64,000 nt of DNA from Phycisphaerae bacterium (lineage in GTDB: Bacteria; Planctomycetota; Phycisphaerae; UBA1845), in the NCBI GenBank assembly GCA_963666835.2, contig CAXXGO010000006.1, forward strand, positions 1,088,001 through 1,152,000, in the 5' to 3' direction. Numbering within the stretch: position 1 is the first letter of the stretch; every line of letters begins with the position of its first letter. The notes beneath the pieces are model-generated. The model ran no database searches. It saw only the letters and a list, made by a program, of their open reading frames with translations, and was not told where the DNA came from. This document shows, one piece after another, positions 47,671 through 59,100 of the stretch. The position numbers and the translations under genes are program-made.

Positions 47671-50600
47671 ATGCGATGCCAGACATTGTCCATACTGATC
47701 GTCTCCATTTGTTTAACTCCATCGGCTTCTTTCGGTAACCAGCGCGCCGGTGACGGTGCTGCCTCGACCTGGCCGGTCGAACTCTCGATGGAGTCACTGT
47801 CCGACGGCGGCGTCGCGTTAGTAGACCCGCCCGGTAATGACGAATGCGTCAATGCGGAACCAATCTCGGGCACGGGGTTGTTTCCATTTGATAACACCGG
47901 GGCAACAGGCAGCTACTGCATATACGACGATGAACGGTATAACGCGTATGACACCGTGTGGTACCTCTGGACATCGCCCTGCGATGGTACGGTTATTGTC
48001 GACACTTGCGGCGGGACCATGGTCGACACCGGGCTGGCCGTATTCGCCGGGAGTGATTGCACAGGACTCACCGATCGATTCCTCGCTGGTGACAACGCGT
48101 CGTGTGGCGGACAGTCGCGGACCTCCTTCACGGCCCAGACCGGTGAGGAATATCTTATTGTCCTCGGGACTGAGTATTCCGCGCATTTTCCTGGCGCATA
48201 CGCGTCGTCCCCAGGCCCGGGCAACTTCGCCATCACCTGCGCAGATCTCCCCGCGGACCCGTCAAGCGGATCCAAGCAGGAGATCTGCCAGCAAAGCGAT
48301 CAATGGGAGGGGTTCACCAGCGATCGGATTGAATCACGCACTGCTGACGACTTTTCGCCCACCGAAGATGGAGAGATCGAACGGGTGCGCTGGTGGGGCA
48401 GCTACTCCGGGGGCGACGGCGACTGCTTCGCGGCAGGATCGGACGCCTTCGAAATCAGCTACTACACGGACGCCGGCGGCGTACCGGGCGAAGTGTTCGC
48501 CGGACCGTTTTCTCAGATCGACGGATCCCTGTCTGTGCGAGGCCCGGCCCGCATCGGCTTAGCGGGCGGAGACGGCTTGGTAGAGGTCGAATACACCGCA
48601 GACCACGAGCCGGTGTTGGTTCTCGCGGGCGAGTGCTACTGGATCGAGATTTCCAACGCCCAGTTGAACGACTGCACTTGGCAATGGCGGGCCGGCCGCG
48701 GCGGCAATCTGCACGCCGTCTGCGACGGACCACCGACCGGGGCGATGGACGGTTACGACACTGCCGACCGGCTTGCCGTGGATTTTGCCTTCGGGCTCGA
48801 CGTACTGCGCTGGCAGGCTTGCGGCAGCAGACCGGCCCCGCTGAACGACGCCTGCGAGAATGCCCTTCCCGTCATCGACGGAGTGACCTACTTCGACACC
48901 GCTACGGCCACTACCGACGGGCCGGTCGAGCCGGACCTCTTCCCGCTGGGCGACCATCAGGTCCACCGCGATGTCTGGTTCAACTACCGGGCCTCGTGCT
49001 CGTCGACCTTGACTGTCAGCGTGTGCGGAAGCGGATTCGATACCAAGTTGGCCGTGTACGATTCCTCCACCTGCCCGCCCTCTGAAGCGGCCATCGCCTC
49101 CAGCGACGAGTTCTGCGGCGATGTCTTGCCCGTTCAGTCACAGGTGTCCTTGCCGACCACGCAGGGCACGTTCTATAAGATTCGAGTGGGCGGCTTCGGC
49201 ACCCAACGGGGCAGCGATTGCTTCGTTGCGCACGATTCTGCCGGATGCTCCGACACCATCTGCCAAAGTGTGGTCTGTGAAGACGCTCCGGGGTGCTGTA
49301 CGCCCGGCTGGGACGACAGTTGCATCGAATTGGCGGTCGAACGCTGCCTGGGGGACATCGGTCCCGGGATGCTGACCATAAGTTGCGGCGACCTCTCGGT
49401 GGAAAGTGACTGCGCGGAGGCGGAGGCCGAGGATCTCCCGGCCACCTTCACGGGCAACAGCGCCAACGCCGCTCGCCAATGCGAACTGGTTCCGGGCAGC
49501 CACACCTGGGTTTCCTTCCGCGTGGCATCTCGGAGCATGGTGACCGTGGACTATTCGGGCACTAACCCGCCTATGCTGGAAGCTGCCGATCTGGTGACCC
49601 GCGGCTGTCCCTGCCGGGAGTCGGAGCAGGCCGCGCTGGTGTCCGTTGACGGCGACGGGAATCGTGCCTTTGTCTGGGACTGCCTCCCGGCCGGGGTCTA
49701 TTATTATCCGGTGCTGTCCGGGCCGGGCTTAGAGGGCGACTACGTAATAAGCGTAACCGCGGAGCCGTGCGTCGACGTCTGCGCAGACGCCACCGGCGAC
49801 TGCTGCGTGGGGCACGATTCCCCCGGATGCGCAGATCCGGACTGCTGCGCGGACCTTTGCGCCTATGATCCCTATTGCTGCACCGACACCTGGGACGACC
49901 TATGCGCCCGCGAGGCTATAGAGATCTGCGTAACGTGCCCCAGCGAGGTCTGCGTCGACGCCGTAGGCGGCTGTTACGAAGCCCACGATTCCCCCGGCTG
50001 CCGCGATCCCGAAGTTTGCCAGGCCGTCTGCGCCTGCGACCCGTACTGTTGCGAATGGGAGTGGGACGAATTCTGCGCCGGCTCCGGTTTGTCCCCCGGC
50101 TGCGGAGCGGATAACGACTGCAACCACAACACGGTGACCGACGTCGCCGACATCATGTTCGGCGGCATCGAGGACCGCGACGGCAATCGCATCCCCGACG
50201 AGTGCGAATCCGACTGCAACGCCAACGGCATCGTCGACGAGTGCGACATCCTCGACGGCACCAGTGAAGACTGTAACCTCAACCGCATCCCCGACGAGTG
50301 TGATCCCGACTGCAACTTCAACCTGATTCCCGACGATCTCGACATCCTGAGCGGTGACAGCAACGACTGCAACGAGAACACGGTCCCCGACGAGTGCGAA
50401 CCGGGGGCCGACTGTAACGGTAACGGCATCCTCGACTTCTGCGATCTCGCTGCGGGAACCAGCGAGGACCAGAACCTCAACGGCATCCCGGACGATTGCG
50501 AACTCAATCATACGTTCTACATCGATGACGACGCCCCGGGCGATCCCGGTCCCGGCGACCCGGAGGTGAGCGATCCGGCGGAGAACGGCACACCGGAACA

Positions 50601-53064
50601 TCCCTTTGATGCCATCCAGAAGGCACTGAACATCGCCATTAGTGGAGACGTGATCCTCGTCGAGGACGGCACGTATACCGGCTCGGGCAACCGCGACATC
50701 GATTTCCGCGGCACGTCGGCCGTTCTGCGCAGCCGAAACGGTGCCGCCAACTGCGTCATCGATTGCGAGTCGCTGGGCCGAGCGTTCTTCTTTCACAATG
50801 AGGAGACGCACGCGTCGGTCGTCGACGGATTCGCGATCGAGAACGGTGAGCCACCCGTTACGTTTGGTAACAACAGCGGCGGAGCGATCTTCTGTTCCGG
50901 AAACAGCAGTCCCACCATCACGCGATGTGTATTCAGGGCCAACCATGTCGCACGCTATGGTGGCGCAGTCGCCGCCTATGCGAGCAGCCCGGCGATTACG
51001 GACAGCGTGTTCTTCGAGAACACCGCGGGAGAACAGGGTGGCGCGGTCTATGTAACTGACTCGCAGGCCAAGGAAGCGTCGGCTGTGATTAGTGGGTGCA
51101 CGCTAACGGGAAACCAGGCCGATCTCGGCGATGCTGTCTTTGTCAATTCCTCGGGTACCTACGTTCATTTAGGTCTATCCGACACGATCGTTTGGGGCAA
51201 CGGCGAAGAGACCCTTATTTACTTATCCGGCAAGCGAGTCTCGATTGCCGTGTCCTACAGCGACGTTCGTTTTGGGCGCCAAGGTGTTCAAGAAAACGAT
51301 GCCTCCGTCAGTTGGGGGCCGGGCAACATGAACGCCGATCCGCTGCTGGCTGATCCGGCCAACGGCGACTACCATCTTCAACCCGGCTCACCTTGCATCG
51401 ACGCCGGCGATCCGACCTTCAGCCCGGAAGGCGACGCAACGGACGTATACGGCGGCGCCCGTCTGCGCTTCTGCCGCGTGGATATTGGTGCCGACGAATC
51501 GGTTCATATCGTCGACTGCAATGAGAATTCCCTTCCCGACTCCTGCGAGATGCTCGACCCAACGGAGCCGGACTGCAACGAGAACCTCATTCTGGATGCG
51601 TGCGAGCCTGATTGCGACGAAAACGGCATTCCGGACGCCTGCGATTTAGCCGATGACCCGAGTCTGGACTGCAACGAGAATGAGACCCTGGACGAATGCG
51701 ATATATCGAGCGGTTTCTCCGTGGACTGCCAGCCCAACGGTGTGCCCGATGAATGTGACCTCGGATTCGTTGATGTTCTCCTTTCGTACGACTTCCCGAC
51801 CATGTACCCGGATTCCAGCCTATGGCCGGTCTGCACGGCGGGGACTTATTCAGGCGTGTGGCGAACTTCACCGCGTTCAATCAAGATCAGACAGCGGGAG
51901 CTTATAGAGTCGCGCCCCCTGGGCCTGTCCGCAGGCCAGGGAGCGATGGTAACCTACTACTGGTGGACATACAGCGGTAGTGCCACCGATGCGCTCCTGT
52001 TCGAGTATTGGGATGGCAGCCAATGGATAACCGCTGCGCACCATCCCCGGACCCCCTACGGCACATCGTGGCAGGAACAGACGATCGAGCTTCCGAACGG
52101 CGGCATTCACGAGGGATCGAGGATAAGATTCTTGGGAGTCGGGAGTTCCTCGCTGGCGGCATACGTTGACGATATCACCATAACAGCGGCGACGTCAAGA
52201 GACTGCAATTACAACGGTATGCCAGACGAGTGCGAGCACGATAACGACTGCAACTCGAACGGGATTCCGGACGACTGCGAACATGATAACGACTGCAACT
52301 CGAATGGAATCCCCGACGACTGCGAACACGATAACGACTGTAACTCGAACTCCGTCCCCGATGAGTGCGAACTTCAGTTCACCCGGTCACTCTTGGTCGA
52401 CTCCTTCCCGAATGTCGATCTGGACTACGACAACTGGCCGATTGTGTGGGGCGCGGGCACGACCGACGCCCTATCACAGAGCCTGCCCTATTCGCTGGAG
52501 CTGGCCGGCACGGACGAAATCGAGAGCCGATCCGTGAACTTAGCCACCGCGGAAAGCGCCGAGCTGGTCTACTTCTGGCAGAATTCCGCAACGCAGAGCG
52601 GGGACGATCTCATTCTGGAGTACTGGGACGGCGCCGTCTGGATGCCGTGGGTCGAGCACCCGGGATACCCGCTTGTCGGCGAATGGCAGGAAGAAGCGAT
52701 GATCCTCCCGGAAGGTGCGCTGCATTCGGAGTTCAAGCTCAGGTTCCGCGCTCTCGCCAGCAGCGACGATCACTACTGGTTCATAGACGATGTCGACCTC
52801 ATCGCGGCGTTCAATAAGGACTGCAACGATAACGGCCTGCCCGACGAGTGCGAGGCCGGAGATTGGACCGGCGACGGCTTGATGGATCTGGACGACTGCG
52901 CCGGGTTGTTCGGCTGCCTCACCGGGGCGGGCGAAGGGACGTCGCTCGATGCACCGGCCTACCACAATGCATGTTGTGTAACCGGTGATATCGATGCCGA
53001 TGGTGATGTCGATCTTGGGGATCTAGCGTTATTGCAGAACGGGTTCAATACTCCCCGCCAATAA
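47671..53064 (+). CDS. Giant secreted Cys/Asp-rich multidomain protein with beta-sandwich repeats, a right-handed beta-helix, DCNxN repeats and a dockerin-like tail
   Basis: Signal peptide from MRCQTLSIL. PxNDxCxNA..VWY/F..DTxLAV repeats, GGAI/GGAV beta-helix, GDYHLQPGSPCIDAG, and C-terminal GDWTGDGLMDLDD / GDIDADGDVDLGD. Confidence 0.85.
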   Translation: MRCQTLSILIVSICLTPSASFGNQRAGDGAASTWPVELSMESLSDGGVALVDPPGNDECVNAEPISGTGLFPFDNTGATGSYCIYDDERYNAYDTVWYLWTSPCDGTVIVDTCGGTMVDTGLAVFAGSDCTGLTDRFLAGDNASCGGQSRTSFTAQTGEEYLIVLGTEYSAHFPGAYASSPGPGNFAITCADLPADPSSGSKQEICQQSDQWEGFTSDRIESRTADDFSPTEDGEIERVRWWGSYSGGDGDCFAAGSDAFEISYYTDAGGVPGEVFAGPFSQIDGSLSVRGPARIGLAGGDGLVEVEYTADHEPVLVLAGECYWIEISNAQLNDCTWQWRAGRGGNLHAVCDGPPTGAMDGYDTADRLAVDFAFGLDVLRWQACGSRPAPLNDACENALPVIDGVTYFDTATATTDGPVEPDLFPLGDHQVHRDVWFNYRASCSSTLTVSVCGSGFDTKLAVYDSSTCPPSEAAIASSDEFCGDVLPVQSQVSLPTTQGTFYKIRVGGFGTQRGSDCFVAHDSAGCSDTICQSVVCEDAPGCCTPGWDDSCIELAVERCLGDIGPGMLTISCGDLSVESDCAEAEAEDLPATFTGNSANAARQCELVPGSHTWVSFRVASRSMVTVDYSGTNPPMLEAADLVTRGCPCRESEQAALVSVDGDGNRAFVWDCLPAGVYYYPVLSGPGLEGDYVISVTAEPCVDVCADATGDCCVGHDSPGCADPDCCADLCAYDPYCCTDTWDDLCAREAIEICVTCPSEVCVDAVGGCYEAHDSPGCRDPEVCQAVCACDPYCCEWEWDEFCAGSGLSPGCGADNDCNHNTVTDVADIMFGGIEDRDGNRIPDECESDCNANGIVDECDILDGTSEDCNLNRIPDECDPDCNFNLIPDDLDILSGDSNDCNENTVPDECEPGADCNGNGILDFCDLAAGTSEDQNLNGIPDDCELNHTFYIDDDAPGDPGPGDPEVSDPAENGTPEHPFDAIQKALNIAISGDVILVEDGTYTGSGNRDIDFRGTSAVLRSRNGAANCVIDCESLGRAFFFHNEETHASVVDGFAIENGEPPVTFGNNSGGAIFCSGNSSPTITRCVFRANHVARYGGAVAAYASSPAITDSVFFENTAGEQGGAVYVTDSQAKEASAVISGCTLTGNQADLGDAVFVNSSGTYVHLGLSDTIVWGNGEETLIYLSGKRVSIAVSYSDVRFGRQGVQENDASVSWGPGNMNADPLLADPANGDYHLQPGSPCIDAGDPTFSPEGDATDVYGGARLRFCRVDIGADESVHIVDCNENSLPDSCEMLDPTEPDCNENLILDACEPDCDENGIPDACDLADDPSLDCNENETLDECDISSGFSVDCQPNGVPDECDLGFVDVLLSYDFPTMYPDSSLWPVCTAGTYSGVWRTSPRSIKIRQRELIESRPLGLSAGQGAMVTYYWWTYSGSATDALLFEYWDGSQWITAAHHPRTPYGTSWQEQTIELPNGGIHEGSRIRFLGVGSSSLAAYVDDITITAATSRDCNYNGMPDECEHDNDCNSNGIPDDCEHDNDCNSNGIPDDCEHDNDCNSNSVPDECELQFTRSLLVDSFPNVDLDYDNWPIVWGAGTTDALSQSLPYSLELAGTDEIESRSVNLATAESAELVYFWQNSATQSGDDLILEYWDGAVWMPWVEHPGYPLVGEWQEEAMILPEGALHSEFKLRFRALASSDDHYWFIDDVDLIAAFNKDCNDNGLPDECEAGDWTGDGLMDLDDCAGLFGCLTGAGEGTSLDAPAYHNACCVTGDIDADGDVDLGDLALLQNGFNTPRQ

Positions 53065-53104
53065 CTTCAGGGCGGGGAATAATGGGTACCGGGAGGGTGT
53101 CGAA

Positions 53105-56100
53105 GTGCCGTTTTTCATGAGACCGACTCTGACTCTGCTCGTCGTAGTTGTAACGACCCTCGGCTTTTGCGCCGGGGCGAATCCGGCCCGCGGGCAATGC
53201 CAGATCAACAAGATAACTGCGGATGACGGGATGACGGACGACGATTTCGGGTCAGCCGTGGCCATCGACGGTGAATGCGTGGTCGTCGGAGCCCCCCATG
53301 CCGTTCTAGATAGCGGAGCAGCATATCTCTATCGCCGGGCGGGGCTCTATTGGGTACCGATCCAGGAGCTGACCGGAGGGCTCGCCGAATTTGGAGACAA
53401 CTACGGTACCAGCGTGGCCATTGACGGCGATGTCGTCGTAATCGGAGCCCCCAATCGTGACGATGACGGCCTGCCGGATGTCGGAGCCGTCTACGTGTGG
53501 CGACGAGATACCGTAGCGGACATCTGGTGCTTGGAACACACGATCCTGGCACCCGACCGGGAGATGTACGACGGCTTCGGGGAGGCTGTGGCCATCGACG
53601 GATCATGGATGGTCATCGGCTGCCCGGGTGACAACGCGGTGGCAGAATCGGCCGGTTCGGCCTATGTGTATGCCTTCGACGGCACCACCGGGACCTGGTC
53701 CGAAGCCGGATTCCTGAGGGCCTCGGACGGCGCTTCGGCCGACGGTTTCGGGCGGGCTGTCGCTATCAGTGGCGATCGGATCGTGGTGGGTGCCGAATCG
53801 GACGACGACGGTGGTTCCAGCTCCGGCTCGGCCTACGTCTTCCGGTTCGACGCCGTAAGCGGTTGGTCTCAGACGCAGAAGCTCGTGGCCGTCGACGACG
53901 ATGGTATCAGCGACGCTGATGCCAACGACAAGTTCGGCTCCGCGGTCTCGATTGACAGGCTGCGCATAGCCGTTGGGGCCAACGGTAACGACTCCGCCCT
54001 GTCGAATACCGGCTCTGTCTATGTCTTCCAAAAGGGCGAGGCCGGCTGGGCAATCGATAAGAAACTCGACGCGGCTAATGCGGCCGCGTCGGACCGCTTC
54101 GGCCGATCGGTTTCGATACTGGGCGACTATCTCCTCGTCGGGGCGGATTATACGGACGGAGCGGGAAGCTCGTCAGGATCGGCGTATGTCTTTCGCCACA
54201 CCGGCTCCACGTGGGTACAGGTTGCGGAGCTGGTCGCCAACGACGCAGAGGCCGGGGATCGTTTCGGATGCGCTTTGGCTCTCGGCCGTGACTATGCTGC
54301 AATCGGGGCGTACGGCGATGACGATAGCGGTTCCTCCGCGGGGGCGGCTTATGTTTTCAAGGTAACGGTCGGTACCGACTGCGACAATAACGGCGTGGCG
54401 GACGAGTGTGACATCGCCGCCGGCACGCATTCGGACGACAACGGCAACGGAATCCCCGACCAGTGCGAGTGTGTCGAGTCCGAGGAATGTGTGGACGCGT
54501 TGTTCTGCAACGGGGTCGAGACCTGCGTGGACGGGGCCTGTGTGTCCAGCGGCAACCCCTGCATCGAGCTCGGCCTCGTCTGCGACGAAGCTTCCGATTC
54601 CTGCGTAGCCTGTCAGGACGACATGGACTGTTACGACGGCAATGCCTGCACCGATGATGTGTGCCAAGAGCAGGAATGCGTTCACTTCTTTGTGCCGAGT
54701 GGTACGGATTGCGGGTTCCCGGCCGATCCCGAATGCGGCGTGATGAGTACGTGCGATGGTGCCGGACTATGTGTGCCTAATCACCTGCCGAATGGTACAC
54801 CGTGCAGCGAAGACGACGACCAATGTACCGACGACGTGTGTATCGACGGCGAATGCCGGCATCCGGATAGTCCGAACGGCACGCCGTGCTCCGATGACGG
54901 CCGGGAATGCACCGACGACGTGTGTACCGACGCCGTGTGCGAGCATCCATATCTGCCGTTCGGGACGGCCTGCGGAGATCCTTCCGAAACCGATTGCGAC
55001 ATGCCGGATACGTGCGATCAAATCGGCCACTGCATGGGGAACTACAGAGTTAACGGCACCCCGTGCGAAAGCGACGATAACGATTGCACCGACGATGTCT
55101 GCTACATAGGCGTGTGCACCCATCCCAACTTGTGGGAAGGCATCGCCTGCGGGGATCAGAGCGTCACCGAGTGCGACATGGCGGATACCTGCGACGGTCA
55201 CGGCGTTTGCAGCCCCAACCACGTCAGTGACGGAGTCTCCTGCACCGACGACGGAAACGAATGCACCGGCGATTACTGCAGCTCCGGAGAATGCACCCAT
55301 CCGAACGTCTCCATGGGGACATCCTGTGGGGATCCCGCCGTGGACGCGTGCAATGGAGCGGATACATGTGACGGCGCGGGTACGTGTCTTGATAACTGGA
55401 TCGCCGACGGGACTGCTTGCATCAATGACTTCAACACCTGCACGGACGACTACTGTGAATCGGGAGTCTGTATTCACCCCGCCGTGCCGAGCGGTACCGC
55501 CTGCGGCAGCCCCGTAGATAGTGAGTGCTCCGCGCCGGACACCTGTGACGATTCCGGCGTGTGCCGGCCGAACCACGAGCCCGATGGGACGGTTTGCACG
55601 ATTGACGGTAACCTCTGTACCGACGATATCTGCATCGAAGGCATCTGTTCTCATCCGAACCGCTCGGCCGGGACGCCCTGCGGAGACCCCACACAATTCG
55701 AGTGCAGCGGGCCGGACGTTTGCGACGGCGAGGGGCTCTGTCTGACCCAAGTTGCCCCGGCAGGGACCCCGTGCGGAGATCCTACGGAGACCGAGTGCAA
55801 CTTCGCCGACATCTGCGACGGCGCCGGAGTGTGCAGCGACAACCTCTCGCCCGACGGAACCTCGTGTACCGAAGACGGGAACGTCTGCACCGATGATGTC
55901 TGTATCGCCGGGTGTTGCACGCACCCGTCCAGGCCGGACGGAATGCCGTGCCCCGACGACCTCTTCTGCAACGGAGAAGAGACCTGTCTCGACGCCGTCT
56001 GCGTGGCGGCCGAGCCCCCTTGCGCGCAAGCCGGCCAGGTCTGCGATGAAGATAACGACATCTGCTTCTGCCAGGACGGGGTCGATTGCAGCCGCCTGTA

Positions 56101-59100
56101 CGTGAGCGCCGTAGCTGTTTCTCCTCCGGACGGGCTAAGCTGGGCTACCGCTTACCCCGACCTGAAAACGGCTCTGAACATGGCCGCGTTATCCGGCCTG
56201 GTCGATGAGATCTGGGTCGCGGCCGGGACGTACACTCCCGCCGGTGTGGCAGGCGATCGGCAAGCGAGCTTCCAACTCGTGCCGGATGTAAACCTGTACG
56301 GCGGTTTCGCTGGTACCGAGACTAGCCTCGATGAGCGCGATCTCACCAACCCCGCCTTTGCGACGATCCTCAGCGGCGACCTGAACGGAGACGATCTTCC
56401 CGGGTTCGAAAACCGCGCGGATAACTCGTTCCACGTGGTCATTGGCGTCAACGCCGATTTCGAACCCATCATGACCGCCCTCGCCGCCGCCGATTCGCAG
56501 GGATACAGCGTCGATTCGATCACGGCCGAGGACTACCAGGACCTCATATCCCGCGCCGTACCGTATTCTGCCACGCTCGACGGCTTCACCATCTCCGGCG
56601 GAAACGCCGACGGCGAGTTCCTGCACTCCTTCGGTGGCGGAATGTACAACATGGTCGATAGACCGGCCGTGAGAAACTGCACCTTCACCAATAACCGCGC
56701 GGCCGTGCGCGGCGGCGGTATGTACAACTCAGTCGGCAGTAATCCGGCCATTGACGTTTGCGTCTTCCATGGCAACACGGCCGGGACCGGCGCGGCGATG
56801 TCAAACTACAACGCCAGCCAACCGGCAGTCACCGATAGCAACTTCGTCGACAACACCGCCGACTTAGCCGGCGGCGCAATCGCCAACCAGTTCGACAGCA
56901 GCGCAACCTTGCAGAACTGCACCTTCACGCGCAACGCCGGCGGCACCCAGGGTGGCGCTCTGTTCAACAACGGCAGCGATCCGACCATAACCGGCTGTGT
57001 ATTCGCCGGAAATACGGTCGTCGGTTCCGGGAGCGGCGGGGCGATCTTCAACTACGCCGGTCAGTCGACCGTTACGAACTGCACCTTCTTCGGGAACAGC
57101 GCTTCGACCGCGGCCGGTATCTACAGCAGTTTCAACAGCGTTTTGACCTTGACCAACTCGATTCTCTGGAACAACGTAAGCGACGCCGGAGCCACCGAGA
57201 CCGCCCAGGTTGTCGTCACCGGCAGCGAGCCCGCAATCGAATACTGCTGCATCCAGGGCCTTACGGGCATACTCGGCGGTGACGGGAACGTCGGCGCCGA
57301 TCCGCTATTCATCGACGCGGTCGGGCCCGACGGGGTGATCGGCACCGGGGACGATGATCTTCGTCTTGCCTCGGGCTCCCCGGCCATCGACGCCGGTTCC
57401 AACACTGCGCTGCCCTCCGGTTTCTCGGTCGACCTCGACGGCGCGCCGCGAACCGTCAATGACCCGGAGACCCCGAACACCGGAAGACGCACCGGCAATT
57501 GTCTGATGGTCGATCTCGGCGCGTACGAGTATCAGACCGACGCCCCGATAAACGATTGCAACGGCAACTTCATCGAGGACGAATGCGAGACGGCCGACGG
57601 CTCGACCGCGGACTGCAACAACAACGGCGTACCGGACATCTGTGATCTGCTGCCCGGTACCAATCTCGACTGCAACGACAACATGTTGATCGATGCTTGC
57701 GAGACGGCCGACGGCACCACTACCGACTGTAACGCTAACCTGGTCCCGGACGAGTGCGACGTGGCGTCCGGCGATAGCGAAGACACCAACGATGACGGCA
57801 TCCCCGACGAGTGCCAGGTATTGTATGTCGATGTCCGGGCGGTCTACGGGGCGAACGACGGCTCCAGTTGGTGCGACGCCTTCGTCGATCTCCAAGACGC
57901 TCTGGCCGCGGCTTCCCCCGGTGATGCGATTCTCGTGGCCGACGGCACGTACTACCCCGCCCCGCCCGGCGGAGACCGAACCGCGAGTTTCGAATTAACC
58001 AGCGGGCTACGCCTCTACGGCGGTTACCGCGGCTGCGGCTCGGGGGACCCCAACGAACGTAACGTCCAGCAATACGAGACGATCCTCAGCGGTGACATCG
58101 ACGAAGACGACGAACTGACCAGCAACTGCTGCTTCGCCCATGATTCCCCCGGCTGCGATGACGCGATCTGTGAGCGGGCAGTATGCGAAGGGAACTCCAC
58201 TGAAGTGTGTTGTTACGAAGACTGGGACGAAGACTGTGCGGCGAGTGCCATGTGGAGCCGATGCCGGGACGTATGTCAAAGTGATGACACAAACAACAGC
58301 TATTGGGTTGTGCGGGCGGACTCGGTAGATGACAAGTGCATCTTCGATGGTTTCACGGTTACTGCCTCCAACGCAGTTGGTATGGCGATTGCCGTCTCCG
58401 ATTTGACCGTCAATGATTGCACCTTTTCGGGGCATCACGGCGAGTATTACGACACTTCGGCCATGTCGATATCAGAGCAGGCGAACTCTTCGGGAGAATA
58501 CCACACACCCCGTGTCACTAACTGCCGCTTTATCGATAACGGGAGCCCGGACTGGCGTTGCAACGGGGCGGCGCTTGAGGTCAACAACGGCAATGCCGTT
58601 TTGACTGATTGCTTGTTTGAGAACAACATGAGCGAATTAGGCGGGGCGGTCTTTCATGGCGACTCCTACGGATCTCCCGATCCTGACGAGGTTCTTGGCA
58701 CTCTCACTCTCAACAACTGTACGTTACGCAATAATCTCGCTACGTATAGCCAACGTGGTTCCGGCGGTGCCATATACACCAGTTACGCGTCGCTGGTCCT
58801 CAACGGATGCACGTTCGAAGGCAACATTGGTGAGGATGTGGGTGGTGCCGTTGTGGTTTGGCGCAGCGATTTCCTAATTCAGGATTGTACGTTCTCTGAC
58901 AACATCGCGGACGGCGCGGGCGGGGCGATCTTCGTCGAAACCTACGATGCGTTGCGAGACTATGCAATAGTAGGCTGTACATTCACCCGGAACACGGCCT
59001 ATAGTGGCGGCGGCGTCTACATCGAGCTTGATGGAGCCAGACCGTTGGGCATTCGTGGCTGTTTGTTCTCCGAGAATCATGCCAACTCGGGCGGTGGCAT

